In this document: in pieces, positions 51,986-64,000 of the stretch
Numbering within the stretch: position 1 is the stretch's first letter
Layout of the letters: every line of letters begins with the position of its first letter
Assembly (NCBI RefSeq): GCF_963853765.1
Contig: NC_088855.1
Coordinates: 23,994,001-24,058,000, forward strand
Source of the DNA: Magallana gigas
Taxonomy: Eukaryota
DNA: 64,000 bases
Reading direction: 5' to 3'
The notes under the pieces: generated by a model
Told to the model about the DNA's origin: nothing
The model's input: only the letters and a program-made list of their open reading frames with translations
The model's database searches: none
Program-made: the position numbers and the translations under genes

Positions 51986-54020
51986 TTAAACTTTATTAGA
52001 AGTCAGTTGACCAAGTAAATGATACAACATCAAAATACCGGGCACTGTTGGATTTAACTTGGTCATTCCACTTGTCATAGGTACTGATGCTAAAACAGCA
52101 TCGTTTTCATGCAGAAATTTTATCTTTTGATTTGAAACTTTTAGTGTGTCGTCACTGATAATCAATGTAAAGTCATCAGAATTACTTAAATCCACCTCGT
52201 TGAAATGTGTTAATTGAAATCCACTTTTCTCTGCAGATTTTGATAAACTTGTAGGTGATGAATCATTATCCAATGCATCTGTATCCTCATCCTCAAGGTT
52301 ATCTGTAAGAAACTTTTCCTCTGCTTTCAAGATTGCTTGAAATGTCATTGGCCTTGCTGATGTAAAAATAACCTTCCTTCTTGTATATTCTTCAGCTTCT
52401 CCATTCTGTTTGAGTACATTCCAGGACAGATTTGTTTGAATTGGCATGTAAAAATGGCTTCCATCACTAGCTGTCAAAACTTCAGAGTCCCACATATTGC
52501 AACACCCTAAATTCATTATAAATGAATTAAATATTTGGTAAATAAAGGTACCATACATATAACTACAAATTGTGAGTTGTGAATAACAACGTGAGTAAAC
52601 AAGATTTGATGGCAGAAAGAAGATGAGTTTCTTTGAACCTTTTGTGGTGACAAATCTCCTACATCCTACACCGTGAGCTGTTCTCAGGAGAACTCCAGCT
52701 GTCCAAGGATCAGTGATTCTGTCCATCACCACGGTAACAGGCAGCCTATTCTCTGTCTCACTGACACTTGGGTCTGGTTTTTGAGCTACAGCTATAAAAA
52801 TTAGCAGATATGTTATACACATGTATTTATACTACATGTACATATAGTTACAACTACAGGTCACACAACTTTATAGGTAGAGTATCTGGTGTTTATTCCA
52901 TATATAAATAAAAAATAAATATAAAAAATAGTGTTATAAAAAATGTGTTAGTAGATTGTTGTTTTTTTAATGTAATTAATTTACCTGTAAAAATGGAAAC
53001 ATACATACAAGAACACAATATTTTGTTTTAAAATTTTTGGCTGAAATTTGAATATTTTGACCAAAAGAGATGAAAGATTTTAGCTCTGATTGATATTAAA
53101 TTTGGAACTAAATATTTAATTAACTCTGTCATGATACCTACCACAAATGATGCCATCAGACTCAACTGCCTTTTGGGAGACCCAGCTCTTTAAGGCTTTG
53201 ACCTTTGTAATGTACTGCTGAGCTTCACCCAACTCAAGTTTCTCCAAAAGTTTCACCTCTGTAGTATATACCGATTTAAAATGGATTCCAGCTTTCACAG
53301 CCTGTCTAATAATTTTTTCTCCTTCTAGAAATATTGTTTGTGTTTTCTCGATACCAGCTGCTGATTTGGAATCAACCAGTTCATTCCTAAAATTGCAAAA
53401 TGTCAAACAGAATAAGGTAGATTTGACTTTATTCTTGAAATTCCATTCCCATAGTACATAGTGTACTGGTGTATTCAACAGAGGCAAAAACTGACAAAAT
53501 TCTTTAACTTGGCACCAAAGGTGATCAACTCATAAAGTTGTCAAAACTGTGAAACATTCACTTGCAAGATTCCATAGAAACAGCTTTATCATGCCTATCA
53601 ATAACATTTCAACCTACGAATCTTAAATAAAAATATTTCCATCGTCTGCTGCCCATTGTTCAAACCATGACAAAAAAGATGAGGTTTGAGGATGAATCTA
53701 TTATCTTGCACATCAAGAAATGCTTTATGATCTTACTGAAGTCATGTTACCTACACATGATCCCCAGTTATTTCATCCAGCTGTCTCACTCCGGGATATG
53801 ATTGCAGCAAATTGCTTTTCCCGATACTTGATCCTTGAACTTTCTTATATTTCTGGTTTTTTCTGGGGTGAAAATAGTGACTGGCATTTTCTTTTGGGTT
53901 CTTCATCTCGTTTGTACTGTTTGCATTAGAAGATTTGTTTCTAAAGTGCATATTATGTGCATACATACATGACATAGGAATGATTGGTTTGATAAAATTA
54001 TGCCTCATGGACGCGGCCAT
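51986..54020 (-). CDS. MRM3: Mitochondrial rRNA methyltransferase 3 (RNMTL1, SpoU/TrmH family), divergent, 394 aa
   Basis: Exons (- strand): 53755-54020, 53142-53386, 52639-52791, 51986-52506. Basic N-terminal presequence-like region; IFLEGEKIIRQAVKAG; MDRITDPWTAGVLLRTAHGVGC; TKGCCNMWDSEVL; VPMTSGMTKLNP. Domain order matches recalled MRM3. Confidence 0.8.
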
Positions 54021-55376
54021 CTTGGTAATAATTATGAAATCGCGATCCCGATTAACAGATACCCCAAAATTACACGAGTGCTCAAGATCTGTATATTATC
54101 TATAGAGGTAAGATACTTGAAAAAAAAATAAAAATGTCATTATATTTAATTTGTTGTGATAGCAAATAATATGGTTGGCAAATGATTTGCTCAAGCTCAT
54201 TGAGCTCCTTCGTATAAAAATGCATTTGCTTCAACTTTTTTTTATACATGTAGTAGGCCTAGGGAAACTTCCAAATGTTTCAAAGCAATTTTCACTATAA
54301 GATCATAAGCATCTTTACAGCTACTATTTCCAGAGGACTTATCGATAGAAATTCTTGTGGATCGGGGAAAAAAGTTGTCATATGACGGTGTTACGAGTCA
54401 CGTGGTGATGAACCCAAGAGTGGTGTTCGAGTCAGTTATTGCCATGCTCCTTATCAAAATTAAAAAAAAAATCATACGAAGATTTTTGTTGAAGGTTTAA
54501 ATATCATTCTTGCAAAGTCCCTGGATTATCATCGACACGGCGCACATGCAGTTTTCCAATCCATACATAACATTTAAAAATAGTCGATTTAAATTTCGAT
54601 CAGAATTTTATTTGCGCTTTTTGAATGAATGACCAAAATTTGAATGTTAGAGGTCAAGTTATAAGAGAGATACAGAGGTAAGAATTTATTGTAATGTAAA
54701 CAAAGCTCGAGTCTTATATTTGTTTACAAATAATGTAAAGTATAGAATTACCGTAATGATTTCTTTGACAAAATGACTCGTGGCAAATAAGGTAAACTGA
54801 TTAAATGTGTTCATAAATACATGTATAGTTATCAACAGAAGAAAGCACCATTTGATTGAAACTTGGACCAATTAAACACATAAGGGTTAACAATAACAAG
54901 GCTCGTGCTTTGTTTACAAACCAAATAATTAAGACTCTTTATCTTGCATATAACTCAAAATTTGACTCTCATATGTTATCAAAGCATTATATTTACATCT
55001 ACCAAGTATGATTCAATCTATTTCTTACGGAAACTTATAGTTAGTTCATTGCTCTATAGAAACAGCATGCAGATTGAAATCTACACGCCCCATTTATCGA
55101 TTGGTCGAAATCTACAGCGGCTGAAACTGACAAGAAAATGACAGGACAGATATCGACACGCCCTGTTTATCGATTGGTCCAAATAAACCTATAGCGACCT
55201 AGGAAAAATCACGGACTGCACGAAATAATCATGACGATGTCAGACTCAAAGTCTCACAGGAGACGATTTTGCTGTTTCTTTTAGCTAACTTACTTACGTA
55301 CATTAACAGTAATTTAATGAATTTTACTTACTTTTCCTAATTAATTTATCAATTAGCTTAAAGAAAGATGTTAATA

Positions 55377-55514
55377 TAAACAATAAAATGCTTTCTTTGG
55401 TGATCATTGCAGAAAAAATTTACATAACCCGCTAACGCAGGTTATGTATTTTTTCTGCAATGTCACTACCTTCATATCATTAATGAATCACCAGAGAAAG
55501 CATTTTATTGTTTA
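55377..55514. mobile_element. Long palindromic hairpin (Crypton-like non-autonomous element)
   Basis: taaacaataaaatgctttctttggtgat...atcaccagagaaagcattttattgttta outer arms, inner tgcagaaaaaa/ttttttctgca arms, centre cgctaacgc. Confidence 0.65.
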
Positions 55515-55674
55515 AATAAATACCTATATTAGCCATTTTCATAATTAAATTTGGATTGGAAAAATGAAATTTAAGATTCTGAGCTCAAATCTTGTACAAG
55601 TCCTTTAAATACAAAGTGCGTCTTTGGTTAACGAATATAAGCAGTGAATTTAACGTTATGCAGTTATATCATAA

Positions 55675-55963
55675 AAATCTATCTGTGAGCCAATGCTCAC
55701 TTGTAATACCCCCGCTCTGATGTGAATATACAAAATAAGCAAAGTCGACATTTAAAGGAAGTTAAAGTCCAATTTGCACAAAAATACATCCCAACGTATG
55801 GAATGCTCAAAGAGTGTGTTAAAATTTTAAGCATCTGCGATGAACAGTTACTGAGAAAAATGCTACAGATTTTTTTTTGTTACGGACGGACAGACAGACA
55901 CTCAGGGGCAAAACAGTATACCCCCTTATTCTTCTTCTTCTTCTTCAGAGCGGGTGTATAAAA
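55675..55963 (+). mobile_element. CvA/pearl-like HINE fragment with a GACA microsatellite and a 3' hairpin
   Basis: ggacggacagacagacac followed by tatacccc...gggtgtataaaaa. Confidence 0.55.
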
Positions 55964-56707
55964 ATCACGCATTCATCTTATATTAAATAGTTTAGTATTA
56001 TGTGAATACACGCATATACCAGTTGATAGCTCATTACATTTTAGTCAGAAGTTTTTTTTAGTATACCCTTACACTATAGTTTTTTTTTCATGATATCAAC
56101 ATTTGGATCTGTTTTCAAAGTTCACAAAATACAACTTAAATTTGATATTAAGATAAAGAGCCCATAAGTGTCGCGTGATTGCGCTGTCTGTCTAAATAGA
56201 AACGTCTACCTATTCAAATCAAAGTACTGAAGAACTGAAAGCTCAGCTCTTTGTACTAATAAATAAGCTGAGTATTTTTTTGTTGAAAATGAGAAGGATA
56301 AAAATCCATTAAGCCAATGTCATGAAGGGGTCATTCTTCGCTATCAAACTGTTTTTATAGGTTAAAAAAGATTTGTTTTCCAGGATTTATAGACTTTTGA
56401 ATCAGAAATTTGCAGGAACAATTTGTTGGGACCGATGTGACACCAGACTCAAGAGAATACAAAAATAAAATAAACTGAAAACAGTATATTTAAAAACAAA
56501 ATACACATATTTGACAATACATGAACATGTACAGACAAATATTCATAAAAATAAAACAAATAATTGCCACGTTATTACAAATAAAATGAGTTATATATAA
56601 TCAGCGAATAAACATATTATCCACTTATTTGATTGTAGAAGTACTGTTCTTCATCCATTACTACTTCTAATAACTTCTCAATATCCGGCAGTGCATTATT
56701 CCTCTGC

Positions 56708-59172
56708 CTAATGTACACGCAAGTCCGGTACATCGTACCAAATTCCATGGTTTTCATTTGTAACAGACTTTCTCGAAATAGCAGACGATGGTGCGTCTCT
56801 TTTTTGTACTCCATTGGGAAGATTTTTTGTCTTTTTGCCCTTTTGCTTTTTCGAGGTTCCATTCGACTTTGAATTTGATGCAATGATACCTGTTAGCTTT
56901 GAGTTCTGTCGTTTTAATAAGTTCCTTGGTGAAGGCGGACTAGAGCTATAATGATTGACCTGTGGGGACTCCCCCCAGCTACAGCAAGACCTCTTTTTCT
57001 TTTTACTCTTCATCAGTCGTCCTCGAAGTCTTCGTTCACTATTCTTCAAATAATACTCACTGAAATTAGCGGCTACAACTGCTATCGGCATTGCTATAAT
57101 CAGTATACCGGATGCTGCGCACGCAATGCCCACCAGTTTACCAGCAGAGGATGTTGGGTACATGTCTCCATAGCCAACTGTTGTCATGGTGATGATTGCC
57201 CACCACACACTTTCAATTATAGTGGGAAAGACATCTTGTTCATTAAATTCAGCAAAATACACAAAGCTGGCGAAAAAGACCGAAGCCAGAAGAAAAGTGA
57301 TAAACAATAGCAAAAGTTCCTTGATGCTGGCTTTAAGCGACATGAATAGAATTTTCAGAGCACTGAATTGCTTCATTAATCGAAAGAACCGCAACAAACG
57401 CAAAACTAGCGATGCTTTGAGAACAGTGTAAAAGTTAATCATCCCGGAATCATTCAGATATTTCTCGATCTGCGTTTCTATTGCAAAAGTCGTCCACATG
57501 GCAACCACAAGGTACAAGTCTAAAATATTAAGCACGTAGGTGAAAAACTTGATTTTGCGCGGGCAGGTGAAGAAATGGGCGAATAGCTCGAGGGTAAAGA
57601 AGACTATACAGAACAGATCTATGTTGTCCAGCAGAGGATGAATCTCCGTGGTTAAGAACATGACTTGTTTTGCATTGTTCAGGTTCACGGATTGGAACAG
57701 AGAGATCGTAGAGTAGTTTTTCATGTACACCAGTTTTTCACGTGTCATGGTTTCGTTTCGGCAATACGGCTGATAGGACAAGAGGAACACCAGAACAGAC
57801 AACAGGACCAGAGCCAGGTACAGGGCGTTGAAAATCTGAGAAAAGAAAGAAATAAAAGTGAGGTTAAAATCACTTGATGGGGTAAACGTAATCTTGTACA
57901 CTGTTATATTGTTATTGAGTAAGACGGTGCTGCCATTTTAAATTTTTACTATATGGTTGCAAGAATTCAGTACGTTGTTCAGATTAATCATACAAGTTTG
58001 GACCTTTTGCAGCAGGAAGTCTTTTGAAAGGTTGATGTGATATCACGATTTCAATTTGTACCTGATTATACAGGCATGGTACACAAATGCAATTTTAAAA
58101 TACTTCACACAAATGTCCAATCTATTTGTAAAATGGTAGTATTAATAAGTAAGTTTTAGAATTTAAGAACGTATAAATGGCAAGTACATACGTATAACGT
58201 TTTGTATTGCTAGCATTGGCTCGCCAAAGAACGTATTTTCAACGATTGACTGTGCTTTGATGGCAATGATTTATGAATACTTTGAAGTATAAAAGCTTTT
58301 GTAAATCACAGATTAATTAACGTACATGTACATGAACTGATAATTTTGTTTCTAACCTAGATGTAACTGATAAAATCGGATTTGATTTTTCCATTGCATA
58401 ATGAACAATTATATTCTAGTAAAAGATTAGGACAAGAAAAGGGGGTATCATTAAGGGTCACAGTTATATAACAAGGCTTTTTAATACGGGTTTAAAAGAA
58501 TAAGTGGATTGTCATGCGTTTGAATATAACGAATATATTCCGTACATACTGACAAGGAGTTTGGTGACGTGTATTCGATCAGAGTTTTTGTCCGCCTCTT
58601 TTAGAAGTTGATAATCAAGGAGTGTAACAAAAAAACCGTGACTTTAAACAAAATGTTCATGGCCAATTTCTAAATAAAAAAGCATCACAAACCTTAGCAC
58701 AAGTTGAAGATTTGGGCTGGTCTAAAGTTATCCATATTGTTCTGAACATTTTTTTCATCTTACTGTTCCTATATTCCGTTGGACTATAATCTAAAATGTT
58801 ATCCTCGAACGATTCTCGAATAGACTGTATAGTATTCTGAGCCTGAACGTAGCTATGGTAGGAATGGATGCAACATTCGGATATGAGACACTTGGGGATC
58901 TTCCAGTATTCCAACTCTCTCTGCAGCACGGCGCCGCAGCAGTTGGATGGCACGTGCAGCTCTCCTGTGCGATACAGGTCCAGAATCTCGTTGAACAGGA
59001 CCGGACTGTGGTCAAAGAAGTACTCGTCCGTCTCCGCGTTGTATTCCGGCGATGCAGGCGACAGGCTTCCCAGGCGGGAGTCCGGGATCTTTTTCAATGT
59101 AGACATTCTTGTTTGGAAAATTGTTCCCCCAACATTGATGAAGATTGCATAAATCCATCTCCTTTCCCCCAT
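56708..59172 (-). CDS. Voltage-gated K+ channel alpha subunit, Shaw/Kv3-like, 535 aa
   Basis: Exons 58693-59172 and 56708-57835 (phase 0). T1 domain INVGG...EYFFDHSP...ILDLYRTGELH with an exact HX5CX20CC zinc motif (non-Shaker Kv). S4 LVLRLLRFFRLMKQ; pore WWAIITMTTVGYGDMYP; S6 GILIIAMPIAVVAANF. Confidence 0.92.
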
Positions 59173-59884
59173 AGCATAAGATTTGTAAGAATCCGAATTA
59201 CACTGTTTGCTGTTTTGGAGAAGCCATTTCCCCGTATGGTTATTGTTTATGCACACAGTGAAAGAAAAACGACTTACTGCCTTTAGTATTGACTTTCGGC
59301 CGACTCTAATACGGTATTAAATGGCAGATTTTCTGAATTAACACCTAAAACTTATTACATTGATTGGTTGTGTAATCTTTCAATAGATAAACTTAAACCC
59401 CACCGTTAGACCCTTTAAAAACGGGGAAATATCACTCAAATCATCAATGTATTTGAATGAATCGCCCCTAGGGTCTTAGTGAATTAGTGTTATTTCGTTG
59501 AGTTATATTCAGAATATTTGTAAACAAAGATAATTAAGACATATTCATTTGTTATAGATGATATCAAAAGATCGTGTATGATATACTGGTATGTCGGATA
59601 ATATACATTTTACAACCCTTTATTAGTAGATTTGTCCAGTGATGCACTCCGCCACCCACCTGCGCTGGCGAATTTCGAATGAATGCTTTAAAATTTTATA
59701 AATCAATTATGCCATAGATGAAAGAAATGGTGGTACAAAAGCAATATCATATCGGAAATACTCGACTAAATGAATATAACTCTTTTGGTTTGTTAATACA
59801 AGGGTGAACTCGTGTGAACTTATTATAAGTTATCTGAACGTAATATTTGTTGTAAAACTTAGGGTTATATTAACGAGGAACTGT

Positions 59885-59945
59885 TGGCTCAGTGGCAATA
59901 AGTGTTAGGTCAGTAAACATAAAGTTGGTGGTTCGAGACTGGTTG
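59885..59945 (+). mobile_element. tRNA-derived SINE-like head
   Basis: A box tggctcagtgg and B box ggttcgagact, without an intact acceptor or anticodon stem. Confidence 0.5.
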
Positions 59946-60146
59946 TGGTCACTCGTTGTTGAAAGCCATGTTCTTAGACAACATACTTCAAGTCCACTCA
60001 CCGATACAAATGGGCAACCACAGACGTCTAGAAACTTACATGGGTATATAAACTTAATGTATATTTTTACAGAGATGTGAATTTTTTTGGTTATCAAAGG
60101 ATCCTTAACACTACCATCTTTTACCCAATTTTAACATATGTTAATA

Positions 60147-60399
60147 TAGAACCATTTTAACAAGACCTTGGACTTTCGGTTGGACGTAGCTATCTATTTC
60201 TTGCGTCAAAACAAGTTGAAAATGACGCGGTTTCAAGCGAAATATGCACCGATTGCGTAGTCTCAGCTCAAAAGCCAGACAAATCTTGTTGATTTCAAAG
60301 AGCAATGGCTGAGTGGCTGACAATGAAATAGACAGGCCTACGTCACATTGCTGTTTGACACATCTACCCAAAGTCCAAGCTCTTGGTAAAATGGTTCTA
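60147..60399. mobile_element. MITE with ~37-bp imperfect TIRs
   Basis: tagaaccattttaacaagaccttggactttcgg ... ccaaagtccaagctcttggtaaaatggttcta. Confidence 0.6.
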
Positions 60400-60835
60400 A
60401 GATACACTCTATCATATTGTTTAAAAAGACAAAGAGAGAATCGCCTTTATTTACTTTGTAACACTTCCGAAAATATTATTCAAACAATGTTTATAATCGC
60501 GACCGTCACAAGGATGCTATTATTCTTTTCTCACTTCCGACGCACACAGTAGGTCTTTGAATATGCAGTTATATTTCTGTACACTATAGTATACAGATAC
60601 AATGTTTACCAGCATAACCAATAACTTGTTTAATAGCAATCATTTACGATATCTTCAAGTGTTATGGCGCTAGAACTTGGCTGTCAGTCGTCATAGAGGT
60701 GTTTTGTTTCGCGTGCAGAACATGTTGAATGAATAAAACACACGTATTCTAGGTGTAGTTTATTTTTAATATACAGCACACACAATAAATAATTTGGCAC
60801 ACTGGTTGCATTTTCATCACCGGAGAGCAGGTAGA

Positions 60836-61915
60836 TCACCCTAAAATGAAAAATAACTCGATGCTAATCTAACAGTACAATATCACAGACAAATGACTTG
60901 TTTTATATAAAAAAAATATGATCGAATGTAATTCATATAAAAAAAAACGAAGCAAATAAATCTGTAATTTAAGTAAGATATTTTCCTACCTAGAGTTTTG
61001 TATAAGATAGTCCCAAGGGCGGCTGAAATGAAAACAAAAATAATCATGAAAATGTGCTGAGCAAAGAATTATGAGCTATTTTTCTCGCTTATATAGCTTG
61101 TTACTGTATTCGTCTTCTGACAGTAGTATCTGGTGAAACTATTCAATTAAGCATTTTATACTTTAAAATGGGGTTACAAAATTAGAAAATTTTGAGCTTA
61201 GATTAATGACAATAGCCCCTTTCATAAAGAATGATATAATCAGTTTTGTTTTCGCAATATATTAAGGTACTATACCTGCTCCTACTAGTTTCCCTGTGTC
61301 AGTCTTGAGAAATCCCATGGCATGGTCCATTAAAGAAGGTCCTTGAAATAAATATGGGGATATTGGAGAACCCAGAGGACCATATCCATATTGTGGGATA
61401 CTATTACCATATCCAAAACCAGCTGATGGCAATCCATATCCAAATCCAGCATTGTATCCAAATCCAGAATCAGCCCATCCAGGATTACCGGAAAAGCCAG
61501 CACTAGGTGGAACAACAACGGCGACATCTTGACCTTGGTATGGTGTCTGTTTCCCGTACCCTGAGTAAGTTTTACCATAGGATGCTGGGTACGAACTTCC
61601 GCTGTAGCCCGAATTATAGACCCCTTTCTGAGAACCAGTTTTTCCGTATCCCGTAAAGCCACTTTGATACTGGGATTGGGGATATTGCTGGGCATTGCCT
61701 TGGTAAAACTGTTGTTGGTAGAGCTGATTGTAATGGTTTTCTAGTAAGTGGGTATCATAGTCTGTGTTTGTCTTCCCACTCCACTGGGTGCCCTGATATT
61801 GGGTAGAACCGTAACCATTCTGAGATTGTGTGTTGCCCCCGTAATTAGCACAGAGACTGAACTTTGGTAGCAAGCAGGCGATGACAGAGACAAGAAAGAT
61901 GGTATTGCTACGCAT
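60836..61915 (-). CDS. Secreted Gly/Tyr/Gln/Ser-rich low-complexity protein (shell-matrix-like), ~225 aa
   Basis: Exons 61276-61915, 60990-61022, 60836-60840 (phase 1 introns). Signal peptide MRSNTIFLVSVIACLLPKFSLC; GFGY/GYG repeats; C-terminus GKLVGAAALGTILYKTLG. AATAAA on the - strand at 60759-60764. An alternative in-frame ATG is at 61936. Confidence 0.8.
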
Positions 61916-63251
61916 TCTGATGTCGGGTTCAGGCAAATGATGTTGATCGACTCCATGATGGTTCCCTTTATATACCAGACCTTACTGCAAAAAACTCACG
62001 TTTTACTATTACTCATTTCCGATTACAAAACCCCTGTCCATCGTCACGCTCACAGGCCTACATCGATTTCATTCACAAAATCATCTTGTGCATGCCCTCT
62101 GGTGTTGCAGCGTCATAGGGACCTATCCAATCAAATCGAGGAATGAGCGAGTTATGGAATAAGTTGTAATTCGGAAAAGGCGAGACACCCCTACCTTAAG
62201 TTGATTAAGTAATGATTAAATAACTCGTTGTACATGGTCTTCCGAAACTCCCCAATATAGCATATAGCAATTAGCTTTTGATGATTCATTCCATCAAATT
62301 AAGCATCAGATTTTCTATTATCCTTTCTTTATTCCACTTTATTTTGAAATCGAAGCATGCTGGTTTCTTCTAGATCTAAACATGTATATTTTATCAAAAT
62401 CTAGAATAATAAAAGTACAGTTTTTATTTGTAGAAGTCGTTAAGATGTATGGTCAGATTTAAATATTCTTTTTATGTTATCAAATGAAATCATTTCTTGC
62501 ACATTTTCAGCATTAGGAAAGTTACACAAGATGCGATAATTATATACTTCTCGATATTGAATTGATAAACGCAATGGTACTCCAATAATAGAGGTTTACT
62601 GAACGAACAAATACAAAGGATTGAATAAAAGGGGTTAATCGTGGATAAGGTTGCTACATCATTAACATTCTCTGCTTTTTTCCCCTTGCTATTAACTTAA
62701 GATGGTCTCTCATAACAGGCTTAGTCCATATGCATTTAACCAATATGTTCTTAAAAAGGGTGAAAGTTAAAAATTAAGTGTGTTTGGTTGAATAAAAAAT
62801 AATTTTCAAAAAAGGGAAAGAAAAGTATACTTTATTGCAACGCATGCATAAAGTGCAGTCTGGTAATCATGAGTAATACGTGAACGTTCACTACGAGTCA
62901 TACACAAGGGTACACCGTAACACCACAGGGGGCGTTCTCACCGGAAGTATGAGGCAATATATCCGGCTATTCAAAAACCCTGGGTACCATGCTAGTATAT
63001 ATACCTTGAATATGTGAAACCTGGTCAAACCGTTGTTCTTGTCCTTTTATGTATGTTTTCTTATGCTCTATGTTTTGCCTGTTGTTTTTTGTTCTGTTTT
63101 TTTTTTCTTCACAAAAAAACAAATCACAAAAATGAATCTAAATTTCTTTTTCTAAGCTCATAAAATACTCGAACTTCCGAATGACTTGAAAAGTGAAAAT
63201 ACTTGAATTTTCTTTTTCAGATATTGTTTCAGGAGCTTTAATCTGACAATC

Positions 63252-63648
63252 ATGAACCAGTGCCATATCTCGGGGGTCGTCGTAGCCGTCTGCCTCTGTG
63301 TGTTATTGCAGACTGCCTCTGCCTCCCTCTACTACACGGGATACAGCCCGGCTCTGTACGGATGGAACCAACCATCCACTGATTTCTTTGGGAACTTCTC
63401 GGGAGGAAGCCTTGTGATGCCTATCTTTCGTAAGTCCTTTGTCTCTTTTGCTCAAATTAATACTACGATTGTCTGCTTTTTATTTCTAGCATCCTTGATG
63501 CCTTTTCTTTGCAATTGTCACGGTGTACGGTCTGTTACCTTCCCAAATTTTGCTTACTAGAATTAACCGTTTTTTCAATAATTTTACAGTGGTGTTGATT
63601 CTACTGTATGTGGCCAAAAATGTCTTGGAGAGCAGACGGCTTGGATAA
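63252..63648 (+). CDS. Small protein (78 aa): signal peptide, Tyr/Gly-rich segment, C-terminal hydrophobic helix
   Basis: Exons 63252-63429 (donor gtaagt) and 63590-63648 (acceptor ttttacag), phase 1. Protein MNQCHISGVVVAVCLCVLLQTASASLYYTGYSPALYGWNQPSTDFFGNFSGGSLVMPIFLVLILLYVAKNVLESRRLG. Confidence 0.7.
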
Positions 63649-64000
63649 TCTTACTTGTGGTGAGAAAACTAGAAACCTACATAATACACGTTTATTCCCA
63701 GTCTTAGTATATGAATATTGAATTATTCTTTTATATTTAATGTGGTCATCTTTTAATCCTTGCGCATCTTTTTCAGGAACTTTAATACGTCATCCCACCT
63801 GTTTGGAGGAGAAACTCTGTTCATCGAAATTGCTGTGGATGACATTGAATCTCTGGACATATTCATTAAATAAGTTTCAAAATTCATATGATATTCTTTC
63901 ATAGTTTGTAATTTTGATGATCGGGTTTTACGTGAAATACCAGTAGAAAGTGAACCGGATTTAGTTCATAAAGAGGTTCGTTCCTGTGCTTTCGAACAAA

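Noticed and set aside
53751-53753. Apparent premature TAG ending the MRM3 first ORF, suggesting a pseudogene
   Set aside because: A GTAGGT donor starts at 53754, so the TAG is intronic; the junction GT|G restores the frame into exon 2.
56951-59286. Plus-strand and alternate-frame ORFs overlapping the Kv gene (also those over RILPL1, Srrm234 and the Gly/Tyr gene)
   Set aside because: Shadow ORFs of real coding exons, with no independent domain or splice evidence.

Overview
AT-rich eukaryotic genomic DNA, most likely an oyster or other bivalve. The taxon is inferred from base composition, gene content and the MITE/HINE repeat landscape. There is one 176-N assembly gap. Nine spliced protein-coding genes were reconstructed by hand from splice sites and reading phase: (1) the 3' part of an RS-rich splicing factor, Srrm2/3/4 (Srrm234), ending in an eMIC-type domain (+); (2) a fatty acid-binding protein (+); (3) GLOD4 (-); (4) RILPL1 (-); (5) TMED2 (+); (6) MRM3/RNMTL1 (-), with degenerate SpoU motifs; (7) a Shaw/Kv3-like K+ channel (-), with an altered S6 PVP gate; (8) a secreted Gly/Tyr-rich protein (-); (9) a small signal-peptide/TM protein (+), divergent from gene 8. 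The most notable signals are: the eMIC exon architecture with a candidate upstream alternative last exon and a 6-nt microexon; alternative C-termini in RILPL1; an apparently ancestral GLOD4-RILPL1-TMED2-MRM3 gene block; and a ~2.9-kb foldback structure just upstream of the FABP start. Introns and intergenic DNA carry many non-autonomous elements and hairpins. All homology statements come from recalled protein family motifs, not from database searches.
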